The notes beneath the pieces were generated by a model, which made no database searches, was not told the origin of the DNA, and saw only the letters and a program-made list of their open reading frames with translations. DNA of 36,178 nucleotides from a virus (taxonomy: Duplodnaviria > Heunggongvirae > Uroviricota > Caudoviricetes): IMG/VR virus record IMGVR_UViG_2695420793_000017; one strand, given 5' to 3'. Shown here one piece after another: positions 10,519 to 19,135 of the stretch. The translations under genes were made by a program, and so were the position numbers. The number at the start of each line of letters is the position of its first letter. Position 1 is the stretch's first letter.

Positions 10519-10950
10519 ATGGCTTATTTTTATTCAGCATTAAATAACGCTTTCTACCCTGATGAGCTCAGAGATGTTTATGAAGCGAGTAGAAACTGGC
10601 CTGACGATCTCATAGCCGTCTCAGATGAGACATTCACTGAATATTCGGGGATGCCACCAGAGGGTAAAACTCGTGGAGCTACTGAGGATGGAATGCCGGC
10701 ATGGGTAGACATTCCACCTTTAAGCCATGAGGAGGAAATCGCAGCAGCTGAAGCTGAAAAACAGTATCGTATCGATCAGGCTAATGAGTATATAAACAGC
10801 AAGCAGTGGCCGGGTAAAGCTGCGCTGGGGCGACTTACAGACGACGAGAAGGCCCAGTATAACGAGTGGCTGGATTATCTCGATGCGCTGGAATCTGTGG
10901 ACATATCCAGCGCACCAGATATCAACTGGCCTGAGTCGCCGGAGGAGTAG
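10519..10950 (+). CDS. tail fibre assembly protein, alternative copy (tfa')
   Basis: 143-aa ORF homologous to the minus-strand tfa (shared ...AFY.DEL..., ...WPDD..., ...ALAEAEK... patterns); convergent with and overlapping it at 10922-10950. Confidence 0.7.
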   Translation: MAYFYSALNNAFYPDELRDVYEASRNWPDDLIAVSDETFTEYSGMPPEGKTRGATEDGMPAWVDIPPLSHEEEIAAAEAEKQYRIDQANEYINSKQWPGKAALGRLTDDEKAQYNEWLDYLDALESVDISSAPDINWPESPEE

Positions 10951-11353
10951 GCCAGTCCGGGTCTGCTGTATCAACTCGCATCAGCAGCACCCGGTATTTT
11001 TTCCATTCGGCTAATGAAACAGTTTCTTCTTCCGTCGCGATCCCCGCATCAACGGCGTCCTGCCGCCATTCTATTTCAGAGTCAGCTGAAGCACGCAGTC
11101 GCGATTTTTCGGCTTCTGCCAACGCAATAATTTCCTCTTCAGTTGGTTCGGGAATATCTATCCATTCAGGTAAACCATCAGAATTAGGAGCGCGTAATTT
11201 TCCGTTAGGTGATTCTCCGGCAAACTCAACGAATACGGAATAGTCTACTTCAACGGCATCGTCAGGCCAGCTACCTGCATTTTCATAAATACTTTTTAGC
11301 TCATCAGCGTAGAACGCATTTTCTTTTGCAGAATAAAACATATTAATCACCAT
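10922..11353 (-). CDS. tail fibre assembly protein (gpG-like)
   Basis: 143-aa ORF immediately downstream of H; the P2 G position. Confidence 0.8.
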   Translation of the reverse strand: MVINMFYSAKENAFYADELKSIYENAGSWPDDAVEVDYSVFVEFAGESPNGKLRAPNSDGLPEWIDIPEPTEEEIIALAEAEKSRLRASADSEIEWRQDAVDAGIATEEETVSLAEWKKYRVLLMRVDTADPDWPTPPATQAS

Positions 11354-12744
11354 CCAATCGCGAAAACTCTAAAGCCACCGTAGCCAGCACATGTAATCTG
11401 AGTTCTTGTTACCGTCGTATAGTATGATCGGCCCACCGCTAAGCTATATGCGGCTGTAGAACTCAAATCAACTGCCCCAGTTGATACATCACTAAATAAC
11501 GGAATCATGCACTCATTTGGGAATGCAATAGGGAAATTCGCAGTTACTGGTGTCACATAATCAGTTGTAGCAGCACCAAACCACTGCAATATGATCACCC
11601 GTTCTTTCCCGGCGACCATTGCCGGGATAGTCATATAGCCTGTAGAGCCGGTCACACACACCGCTGCGCCTAATTTTGCTCCCTCTCCCAAACCAAGGTA
11701 TGCGAGAAGACCAGCTACATCCTTTCCACTCAAATTAGTCAGCGTATTGTCCAGCGGTTGTTTACCTGCCAGCGCATTAAGCATTGTCGTGGCAAAGTTC
11801 GGGTCATTCCCCAGCGCCGCAGCCAGTTCGTTCAGTGTATCCAGTGCAGCAGGTGCAGACCCCACCATTGCCGCAATTGCCGATTTCACAAAAGCCGTGG
11901 TGGCAATCTGTGTATTGTTAACCGACTGTGCGGCAGTGGGGGCTGTTGGCGTTCCGGTGAGTGCCGGACTTGACAGCGACGCTTTCAGTGCCAGCGCATT
12001 GTTAATGGTGGTACTGAATTTCGGGTCATTATTAATGGCAGCGGCAATTTCTTTCAGCGTATCCAGTGTGGCTGGCGCACCATTAATAAGGGCCATCAGT
12101 GCCGCCTGAACAAACGCGGTGGTCGCAATCTGCGTGGTGTTATTCCCCTCCGCTGGCGTTGGCGCTTTGGGTGTTCCGGTCAATGTCGGGCTTTCTTTGG
12201 GTGCATACTGTGAATGCGGGTCCGGTGCGGCAAGATGTTTTGCCATCTTATCATCCACGAACACCTTCAGCTCCAGTACCTTGTCATCCACATACTTGCG
12301 GGTTGCCAGCACGACGGCAGGGTCGATTTTCAGGGTGATATTGTCCGTGCTGCTGGTAATCAGCACCATGCGCACGGTCTGGGTGCGCCCGCTGCCTTCA
12401 GCCAGTTGCGGCTTATAGCTTTCCGGGCAGTTGCCTACGGCAATCAATGCCCCGGACTCATCAAACAGACCCACTTCACGTATCCACCAACCACCCTCAT
12501 TTTCAGGGATCACCTGTTCAGCAATAATCTGGCTGCTGTTCTGTGGGTCGATATAGAGCATATTCAGCGCAGCCCGACGTTTCTCATTTACCAGTGCACT
12601 CTGCTTTGCGTCCGGCGTCGGCAATGTTCCGCCACCATCGCCCACCGCCATATGGGTAATTTTTAGCGGCACACCGAGCGCGGCGGCGCTGGCAAGTTTC
12701 GCCGCGCCAATATCCGTCAGCAGGGTATAAAATTTTGTGCTCAT
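11347..12744 (-). CDS. H: tail fibre protein H
   Basis: 465-aa ORF with a conserved N-terminus, internal repeats and a variable C-terminus; start overlaps the gpI stop. Confidence 0.85.
   Translation of the reverse strand: MSTKFYTLLTDIGAAKLASAAALGVPLKITHMAVGDGGGTLPTPDAKQSALVNEKRRAALNMLYIDPQNSSQIIAEQVIPENEGGWWIREVGLFDESGALIAVGNCPESYKPQLAEGSGRTQTVRMVLITSSTDNITLKIDPAVVLATRKYVDDKVLELKVFVDDKMAKHLAAPDPHSQYAPKESPTLTGTPKAPTPAEGNNTTQIATTAFVQAALMALINGAPATLDTLKEIAAAINNDPKFSTTINNALALKASLSSPALTGTPTAPTAAQSVNNTQIATTAFVKSAIAAMVGSAPAALDTLNELAAALGNDPNFATTMLNALAGKQPLDNTLTNLSGKDVAGLLAYLGLGEGAKLGAAVCVTGSTGYMTIPAMVAGKERVIILQWFGAATTDYVTPVTANFPIAFPNECMIPLFSDVSTGAVDLSSTAAYSLAVGRSYYTTVTRTQITCAGYGGFRVFAIGW
11683..11708. 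promoter_or_regulatory. putative serine-invertase crossover site (gix/hix-like), right, inside H
   Basis: CTCTCCCAAACC-AA-GGTATGCGAGAA; lies in the H codons for AYLGLGEG at the constant/variable junction. Confidence 0.45.
11755..12192. repeat. tandem duplication of about 219 bp (about 73 aa) inside H
   Basis: two protein modules ...LTGTP.APT...[11 protein letters not shown]...APA.LDTL.E.AAA..NDP.F.TT..NALA.K in tandem (H residues about 185-257 and 258-330); boundaries approximate. Confidence 0.6.
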
Positions 12745-13346
12745 GGATTCACTCTCATTGTGTCAATAACATGGACCGCCCCGCCTTCATGCGCGGTGCC
12801 GCCAGAAATAATTGTTTCGTTGATATACGGATAGATCGTGATTTCTTCGCCAAGATAGCTGGCGGCTCCCACCCAATGCGGGCCGCTGGTCTGCAGATTG
12901 ATGGACATGCCGATCATGTGGCGGCTACATGGTTTGGCATCGCTTATCAGTCGCTCAAGTTCCAGATAGGTATCTTCAGTGATGCCCTGGTCCTGCACGC
13001 CGATATCCAGGCGAAACGTGCCCGGAGCCTCTCCGGTCTGCCACCACTCAATAATGCGGATCAGGAATCCGAACGGTTCCACCACCCGCCGCACGGCACT
13101 GGTGGTTCCTTTATGCTGATGAATATAAAAAGCATCCTTCACTACCTGGCGTTTGACGCTTTCTGTCCAGCCCTCGTCCCAGCGATCCACAGAGAACGCC
13201 CAGGCGAGATAAGGCAGGAAGCTGACCGGACAGGTAGCCGGATTCCACAAGTCACGCAGCGGCACCTGCAGATCAGAAATCCCGCTACAGGTTTGCGCCA
13301 GTCGGCGCTCCAGTGAAGTTGAACCCGGTGGCAGCAGACTATTCAT
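12741..13346 (-). CDS. I: baseplate assembly protein I
   Basis: 201-aa ORF in the P2 V-W-J-I-H order. Confidence 0.75.
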   Translation of the reverse strand: MNSLLPPGSTSLERRLAQTCSGISDLQVPLRDLWNPATCPVSFLPYLAWAFSVDRWDEGWTESVKRQVVKDAFYIHQHKGTTSAVRRVVEPFGFLIRIIEWWQTGEAPGTFRLDIGVQDQGITEDTYLELERLISDAKPCSRHMIGMSINLQTSGPHWVGAASYLGEEITIYPYINETIISGGTAHEGGAVHVIDTMRVNP

Positions 13347-14247
13347 CCGTTCCTCCGTTGGTTACGCTCCACTGCGTACATGATGCCGCCTGTGTTTTGT
13401 TCAGGACCACATCCGCCAGAGGAGAAGCCAGCTCCACACGCTGCACACCCTCAACATGCAGGGCGGCAAAGATGGCGCTACGGCGAATATCCCGACCAAG
13501 ACGCGTCTGACTGGCGATGTACTTCTGCAGGCTGGCTTTTGCCGCTGCCATTACCGGCTCTGCTTCCGGTCCCGGATAGAGAAAAATGGTGGCTTCCACG
13601 CGATACGGGATGATTTCTGCGCTGCGAACCGTCAGACGGTCAGCCACCGGGCGGACGTTCTCACTGTTCAGAGCTTTTTCCACCACGTCCAGCAGGTCTT
13701 TTTCTGCAGTTCCATCGCCTTCGCGGCTAAGGACAGTCAGCACCACCTCTGCAGGTGCCGGGCTGGTTGCACTGGCATCCGCCACCCTACCGTCGGCGCT
13801 TCGGGCATGAAATTCATAAGCTGCAGTTGGCCCCGCAACAGAAAGCCCTTCAAAGGCTGCAGGCACACGCAGGCGTAACGCTTCATCGCTTTCCATCACA
13901 GCTGCAACGGGCGGCACAGCATCATCATCAGCAGGCGTCACCGTCAGGCGTGTCACGTTGTAGTTGGCTGCGAGCTGGTCAAGATCGCCGCCCATCGCGT
14001 AAGCCACCATCACCGCCTGCGCGGCTTCGTTAATGCGCTGGCGCAGAAGCAACTCACGGTAAGCGTTCTCCTGCAACAATTTAGTGACGGGTTCAGATTC
14101 CAGTTCCAACGTTCGGATCACGGCTTCCTGCTCATCTTTCGGATGAAGCGCCACAAATTCTGCCTTGCGTTCGGCAAGCAGCGTCTCAAAGTCCGGCATA
14201 TCCACAATCTGCGGTGCAGGCAACTGCGAAAGGTCAATCACTGCCAT
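13339..14247 (-). CDS. J: baseplate assembly protein J
   Basis: start set at MAVIDLSQ (ATG 14247, AGGAG 7 nt upstream) rather than the longest ORF. Confidence 0.75.
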   Translation of the reverse strand: MAVIDLSQLPAPQIVDMPDFETLLAERKAEFVALHPKDEQEAVIRTLELESEPVTKLLQENAYRELLLRQRINEAAQAVMVAYAMGGDLDQLAANYNVTRLTVTPADDDAVPPVAAVMESDEALRLRVPAAFEGLSVAGPTAAYEFHARSADGRVADASATSPAPAEVVLTVLSREGDGTAEKDLLDVVEKALNSENVRPVADRLTVRSAEIIPYRVEATIFLYPGPEAEPVMAAAKASLQKYIASQTRLGRDIRRSAIFAALHVEGVQRVELASPLADVVLNKTQAASCTQWSVTNGGTDE

Positions 14248-14593
14248 TCTCTGCTCCTGTTGATACGGAAAGGGACACAGGCACACCGTTATTCCGCCGC
14301 CCGGTCAGCTCCACCACCATAGAACCGTCAAAGTTGCTGTTGATGGTGATGGAATCCAGCGTCAGCCGTGGCTCCCAGCGACTCAGCGCCACATACACTG
14401 CCGACATGACCTGCAGGCGTAATGCCGGATTTTGTGGCTGATCTATTAAAACCGACAGGAGGGAACCATATTCCCGGCGGGCAATACGGCTACCCTGCGG
14501 TGTCAGCAGAATGTCCCGCACCGACTGGCGCAGATGATCAATATCAGTAATGACTTTGCCGCTGGTATTGTTCATCCCGCTATAAAGCGTCAT
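14234..14593 (-). CDS. W: baseplate protein W
   Basis: 119-aa ORF; translation resembles P2 gpW as recalled. Confidence 0.8.
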   Translation of the reverse strand: MTLYSGMNNTSGKVITDIDHLRQSVRDILLTPQGSRIARREYGSLLSVLIDQPQNPALRLQVMSAVYVALSRWEPRLTLDSITINSNFDGSMVVELTGRRNNGVPVSLSVSTGAENGSD

Positions 14594-15168
14594 ACCGGGC
14601 CTCCGGTTGTATCGCCGCCTTTCAGGACGCCAGTATGCTGATGCGCATCAACCACGATCCCGTTAGAACTCATCGCTCCGCCGCCCTGGGTAACGCCACC
14701 ATTGATCACCACTTCGCTGTTAATGCGCGTGCGGTCAGCCTCCAGTACAAACTCACTGGTTTTCATGGTGATGTTGTCAGCAGCCTCAATGACCATTGAT
14801 TTGATGCCCCTGACATACCAGCGCCCGGTGGCGGGTTCGTATTCAAACCAGCCACCGTCAGGATGTTCTGTCACGCAGGCGTCCGCCGACGTCGACGGTG
14901 GTGCGAACTGATTCGAATAGACAGCGGGCAGCGCAAAGGCGGTTTCCAGATTGCCGCCCAGACTCAGCAGCACCACCTGCTCACCTTCCGATGGTCGCCA
15001 CCATGTACGGGCATTCCCGGCACGCAGCGTCAGCCAGCTGATCCAGTTGGTTTCAAGCTCGCCCGTTTTCACCCGGCAAAGCCAGTTTTCCCTGTCCACT
15101 TCGGTGACTACCCCTGTGCGGATCAGGTTGGTGATAAGGCGCATGATTTCGGTTAATTGTGCGTTCAT
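14590..15168 (-). CDS. V: baseplate spike protein V
   Basis: 192-aa ORF at the gpV position; start overlaps upstream gene boundaries in P2 fashion. Confidence 0.75.
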   Translation of the reverse strand: MNAQLTEIMRLITNLIRTGVVTEVDRENWLCRVKTGELETNWISWLTLRAGNARTWWRPSEGEQVVLLSLGGNLETAFALPAVYSNQFAPPSTSADACVTEHPDGGWFEYEPATGRWYVRGIKSMVIEAADNITMKTSEFVLEADRTRINSEVVINGGVTQGGGAMSSNGIVVDAHQHTGVLKGGDTTGGPV

Positions 15169-15214
15169 AGGGAAAGGTTGCCATCAGGGGAAGAAAGGCG
15201 GCAGTGCTGCAACT

Positions 15215-15232
15215 TGTATCAGTGCTGATACA
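15215..15232 (-). promoter_or_regulatory. putative late promoter dyad (TGT-N12-ACA) upstream of V
   Basis: TGTatcagtgctgatACA, part of the perfect palindrome TTGTATCAGTGCTGATACAA, between the S stop and the V start. Confidence 0.45.
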
Positions 15233-15236
15233 AAGA

Positions 15237-15683
15237 TCACCCCGCCAGCCATTGCAGAATCATGTCGCGAGTCATTGCCTCAACATCATCATTTACACCC
15301 AGAAGGCGACGCTCTGCGTAACGCACCTCCGGTCCCTTACGACTGACGCGATCTCGCAGGCCGTAATGGTGAACGCGGGCAATGCGCTGCACTTTGCCTT
15401 CAAACTGCACGCTGGCAGAGTCGGTGCTGGCGGCAGTTTTCAGGTATTTTGTGGTGCGCAGCTTTGCAAACATCTGACGTTTGATACGGCCTTTTTTACT
15501 GCGTGCTGTTACCCGTCGCGGTTCATAGCTGCTGCCGTCAGGGTTGCGCTGCATCCTGATATTCTGCTGCTGTGTCCGGCGAAGTTCCTGCGCCAGCTGG
15601 CGCATCATGCGGCTTCTCGTGGCTGGTTCCAGATTCGCCAGCAAGGCACTCAGCCAGTCGTCCACCTTCTGCAGTTCAGCCAC
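15237..15683 (-). CDS. S: tail completion protein S
   Basis: 148-aa basic ORF at the gpS position. Confidence 0.75.
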   Translation of the reverse strand: MAELQKVDDWLSALLANLEPATRSRMMRQLAQELRRTQQQNIRMQRNPDGSSYEPRRVTARSKKGRIKRQMFAKLRTTKYLKTAASTDSASVQFEGKVQRIARVHHYGLRDRVSRKGPEVRYAERRLLGVNDDVEAMTRDMILQWLAG

Positions 15684-16128
15684 GTTTCACCGTCCACATT
15701 TCTTCAGGTGCATCAGGTTCCGCTATAGCTTCAACGCTCGACACACTGCCGTCAGTGCTGACCAGCACACGTTCCGTCAGTTGCAGGTTCAGGCTGATAT
15801 CACAGACATCGTTGCGCAGAATATCCACCTCAAAGGTGAATAGCTTTTCCCGTAACGCCGGGTTATTGATGGCATCGGGCTGGTTATCCCTCAGCCACAG
15901 CAAAACCGGGGCCATCAGCAGATTCTGGTCGCCGCTGAAATCCTCAATCACCGCGTTCAGTGTGTAACGGTACTCCCACGACATGGAGCTGGCCCCCGTG
16001 GCAACCAGCGAACCGTTATCCACAAACAGATGCAGTTTGTCCGGGTTATTGCGGACATAAGGCACCGCTTTATTGAGGGCGTGGCGCAGGGATTGTGGTT
16101 TGTTCACTATTTCGCTCCTGACACGCAA
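15676..16128 (-). CDS. R: tail completion protein R
   Basis: 150-aa ORF at the gpR position. Confidence 0.75.
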   Translation of the reverse strand: MRVRSEIVNKPQSLRHALNKAVPYVRNNPDKLHLFVDNGSLVATGASSMSWEYRYTLNAVIEDFSGDQNLLMAPVLLWLRDNQPDAINNPALREKLFTFEVDILRNDVCDISLNLQLTERVLVSTDGSVSSVEAIAEPDAPEEMWTVKRG

Positions 16129-16360
16129 TAATCATGTCCACTTTGTCTGCACAGACCGCCCAGGCGGCCTCCGTTTCATCCAGCAACGCGTTCAGATCAC
16201 CGTTAGTGCGCGGCGTTGTCTGATCCAGCCGACACGGCGTCACTCGCGGACAACCACTGACGGTAAGCCATACCTCCGGTGAGTGCCGGACGTTTCCGCA
16301 GCCGGATAATGTCAGCAGGCAAAGGAGTATCAGCCCAGCGGCGTAAATCCTCGTTCTCAC
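16070..16360 (-). CDS. lysC: o-spanin LysC (Rz1-like outer-membrane lipoprotein)
   Basis: 96-aa ORF in an alternative frame overlapping the 3' part of lysB; lipobox-like LTLSGC after a signal sequence. Confidence 0.65.
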   Translation of the reverse strand: MRTRIYAAGLILLCLLTLSGCGNVRHSPEVWLTVSGCPRVTPCRLDQTTPRTNGDLNALLDETEAAWAVCADKVDMIIACQERNSEQTTIPAPRPQ

Positions 16361-16631
16361 GTTTCAGTTCCTCGATCCGGTGTTGTCGTTGTCTCAGCAG
16401 AGTGCTGGTCTGTTCTGCTTCGGCATAGAGCCGCGCCTGCTCCCGGTTATTGGTTTCAGTCAGAATGGACAGGCTGATAAGCTGGCTATTGCTCTTTGCC
16501 AGTGCCTGGCTTTTGCTCTGCAGCTCGTCTGCCTGCGTGCTGATGGTCTGGCTGGCATCAGCCAGCCGCCACGTCTGCCAGCCCAGCGCCGCCAGTAATA
16601 ACGTCAGCACAACCAGCAGCAACCGGTTCAT
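16203..16631 (-). CDS. lysB: i-spanin LysB (Rz-like)
   Basis: 142-aa ORF with an N-terminal TM helix and a coiled-coil periplasmic part. Confidence 0.75.
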   Translation of the reverse strand: MNRLLLVVLTLLLAALGWQTWRLADASQTISTQADELQSKSQALAKSNSQLISLSILTETNNREQARLYAEAEQTSTLLRQRQHRIEELKRENEDLRRWADTPLPADIIRLRKRPALTGGMAYRQWLSASDAVSAGSDNAAH

Positions 16632-17005
16632 GCTGCTACCTGTTGCGCCATCTGATTACGGGTGATCCAGAAGGCAATAACGGTCAGTAGATAAAAGACC
16701 AGGGTAATAGCCCACCCCGTCCAGGCGAGACTTACAACAATCAGCAATCGCATCACCCAACTGGTAAATACGTTTTCTTTTCGGGTAATTGTCTTCAGCA
16801 AAGATGCCCTTAACTCCTGCCAGAGCGGGCCATTCTTAATTAACGCAGCCAGTGCTACCGGAATTACCGCCCATGTCAGCAAACAGGCTACCCAAACGCC
16901 GGACGCTGCCAGCACCGGAAAAATCCCCTGCGGATAAACCATTGCTGCGATTAACAGCGCCATCCATAACATCAGAAACAGTCCGCTGATTAATTTCTTT
17001 TTCAT
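16628..17005 (-). CDS. lysA: lysis regulatory membrane protein LysA
   Basis: multi-TM ORF; start set at MKKKLISG (ATG 17005), one nucleotide after the K stop. Confidence 0.65.
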   Translation of the reverse strand: MKKKLISGLFLMLWMALLIAAMVYPQGIFPVLAASGVWVACLLTWAVIPVALAALIKNGPLWQELRASLLKTITRKENVFTSWVMRLLIVVSLAWTGWAITLVFYLLTVIAFWITRNQMAQQVAA

Positions 17006-17006
17006 T

Positions 17007-17519
17007 TCAGTTTGCTCCCTGTAAGCACCAGGCCATCTCCCGCGCACGGCGGTTATCCAGCCCCTGATTAAAAACACCTTTCACATAAACCCAGCGCGGC
17101 AACTGTCGGCACGCATCCGCCCAGCGCCGCTGATTGAGCAATTTCACCAGCGTGGAACTACAGGCATTGCCCGTCCCCACGTTGAAGGCAAACGACACCG
17201 TAGCGTCATACACCTTCTGCGGCGGCTGTTGCTTCACACACCTTTTCAGCGCCCGCTCCACACGCAGCACGTTGGAGATCAGCCCTTCCGCTGCCTGTCG
17301 TTCCGTGATGGTTTTGCCGGGAATGACGCCCGATGTATTACCAATGCCATCGGTCCAGACACCCGCGCTGCACTGATACGGCTGCAGACGACAGCCTTCG
17401 TAATCGGCAATCAGTTTCAGCCCCTCCACGGAGGTGTGAAGCTGCTGAAAACCCGGCAGCGTGGCAGCAATAGCCAGCACGGTCCCGACAAGGCAGCGTT
17501 TAACGATTGATGGATTCAT
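17007..17519 (-). CDS. endolysin, lysozyme family, with a predicted signal-anchor-release (SAR) N-terminus
   Basis: 170-aa ORF; Gly/Ala-rich weakly hydrophobic N-terminus followed by a lysozyme-like core resembling the phage 21 R / P1 Lyz family as recalled. Confidence 0.75.
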   Translation of the reverse strand: MNPSIVKRCLVGTVLAIAATLPGFQQLHTSVEGLKLIADYEGCRLQPYQCSAGVWTDGIGNTSGVIPGKTITERQAAEGLISNVLRVERALKRCVKQQPPQKVYDATVSFAFNVGTGNACSSTLVKLLNQRRWADACRQLPRWVYVKGVFNQGLDNRRAREMAWCLQGAN

Positions 17520-17715
17520 AATCCTCCCGCGAGATCTGCCCGTCGCGCAGAAGCTGGTAGGCTTTGTGTTTGTAGTACCAGTTGATAGCCAGCATCAGCA
17601 CACCAATCATCAGGCCGCCCAGCGTTGAGGCATCCTTGATGGACAAATCGCCCAGCCAGGCCAGCACGACGGCGATGCAATACGTGATAAAGGCGCTGAT
17701 TCGCTCAAGCGTCAT
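17500..17715 (-). CDS. holin (small two-TM, pinholin-like)
   Basis: 71-aa ORF with two hydrophobic segments and a charged C-terminus, directly upstream of the endolysin. Confidence 0.7.
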   Translation of the reverse strand: MTLERISAFITYCIAVVLAWLGDLSIKDASTLGGLMIGVLMLAINWYYKHKAYQLLRDGQISREDYESINR

Positions 17716-17718
17716 AAT

Positions 17719-17922
17719 TCAGTCCCATAGCTGGACGGTCTGCACGGTGGTGGTGGTCGGAATGTCCGGCAGCTCCACCTGCAGCCCGTGAGGTAAAAAG
17801 GGGCCGTATTCGGCAAGCCCCGGATTTGCCTTCAGTACCTGCTCCGTGACACCCTGCGTGCGCCCGTAATGACGCCAGCAAAGCGCGTCCACCGTGTCAT
17901 ACTGATGCGCACGCACTTTCAT
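17719..17922 (-). CDS. X: tail protein X
   Basis: 67-aa ORF, same size as P2 gpX, between L and the holin. Confidence 0.7.
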   Translation of the reverse strand: MKVRAHQYDTVDALCWRHYGRTQGVTEQVLKANPGLAEYGPFLPHGLQVELPDIPTTTTVQTVQLWD

Positions 17923-18449
17923 CAGATAAGCTCCACTGTGCAGTGCGGCGCGTCCTGTACCCGGCTGATGGCCCAGCGGGCGTCACGCCATAAATCACCG
18001 CTGGCTTCCGCCAGTTCCTCGCCCCGCTTAACACCGGATGCCGTGGCGTCATAGTCCTGGTAACGTTCGTTGAGCATGGCGCGTGCCCAGCAGTAAACCG
18101 CGTTGAAATAGTGCTGAATACGCTCACTTTTCCCATCCAGCTGTTCTGCCGGAACCTCTGCCAGCGAGGCATATCCCAGCATCTGCTGGCGTCTGCGAAA
18201 CTCATACAGCTCTGCGTTGACCTCCGAAATTGCCGACAGGGCAACCTGTTTTAAACGCGGCTGCGTCACCGTGCCGTCAGTGCGCATCACGCTGCGAAAC
18301 TCCGACAGGTCCACATTAGGCCAGAACGGCGTATTCCTGATGATTTCCGCCTGTTCCGGTGCCTGTTCTGGCGCAACAAACTTCATGCTGCTTTCTCCTG
18401 AAATAGAGGGCGGTGGACGGGGCTTTGATGTGGCAGAGCCTTTCGCCAC
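17922..18449 (-). CDS. L: head completion protein L
   Basis: 175-aa ORF at the gpL position; true start may be the internal Met at MKFVAPEQ. Confidence 0.75.
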   Translation of the reverse strand: MAKGSATSKPRPPPSISGESSMKFVAPEQAPEQAEIIRNTPFWPNVDLSEFRSVMRTDGTVTQPRLKQVALSAISEVNAELYEFRRRQQMLGYASLAEVPAEQLDGKSERIQHYFNAVYCWARAMLNERYQDYDATASGVKRGEELAEASGDLWRDARWAISRVQDAPHCTVELI

Positions 18450-18481
18450 CCCGTGCCGCCCGTGCGCGGGGGCACGTTCTG

Positions 18482-19132
18482 TCAGCGGCTGTCATTGCGC
18501 AGTCTGCGCTCCAGCTGCTGTTTGTCTTTTTTCACGCCACAGCGGGGATCGAGCTGTAACGCATGGTTGAGATGATTAAGGGCGGAAGCCGGGTTGCTTT
18601 CACTCAGGACAGCGCCAATCGCTTTATGCAGACGCGCCCGTGACTGGTCCGGCATATCCAGACCGTCTGTCAGCTCCAGCGTCTGCAGCAACAGATCGGC
18701 ATCAAAGCCGGTGGCGGCAAGCATTGCGCTCTGCGCCGCATCTGCCATTTCCTCTGCCAGCACGGTCTGCACGTTGCGGTTACCCAGCGGCATCACCCAG
18801 CCATGACGCAGGGCATGACGCCCGATCTCCAGCGCCCCGGCATAATCTCCGGCATCAATGCGCCACAGCATCACGTACATCAGCACGTCATCCTGTTGAG
18901 TGCCTCCGGCAGCCAGGACGCCCTCTGCCCAGGCGGCGTACTTCGGCAGCAGCTCCACCTTTATTTCCGCTTTTTTCACCGTGGACTGAACGCCCTTGAG
19001 ACGGCGGCGGTCTTCCGCCAGTTGCAGCAGCATCAGGTCATAGCCCGACGCGTGGCGAACACTGCCGCCCTCACGGGCGGCCTGTTCAGCCTGAACGCGC
19101 AGGCGATGCTGCCGTGCGGGACTCAGGCTCAT
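18482..19132 (-). CDS. M: terminase small/endonuclease subunit M
   Basis: 216-aa ORF at the gpM position downstream of N. Confidence 0.75.
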   Translation of the reverse strand: MSLSPARQHRLRVQAEQAAREGGSVRHASGYDLMLLQLAEDRRRLKGVQSTVKKAEIKVELLPKYAAWAEGVLAAGGTQQDDVLMYVMLWRIDAGDYAGALEIGRHALRHGWVMPLGNRNVQTVLAEEMADAAQSAMLAATGFDADLLLQTLELTDGLDMPDQSRARLHKAIGAVLSESNPASALNHLNHALQLDPRCGVKKDKQQLERRLRNDSR

Positions 19133-19135
19133 GGA

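Noticed and set aside
10003-11750. Search for a Hin/Gin/Cin/Pin-type DNA invertase gene next to the invertible segment
   Set aside because: No ORF in the window has the size (about 190 aa) or N-terminal serine-recombinase signature; the invertase is absent here rather than overlooked.
12099-12666. Plus-strand ORFs of 79-150 aa inside H and the 120-aa ORF at 11747-12109
   Set aside because: Antisense to the tail fibre gene; they are a by-product of the low-stop repetitive H coding sequence.
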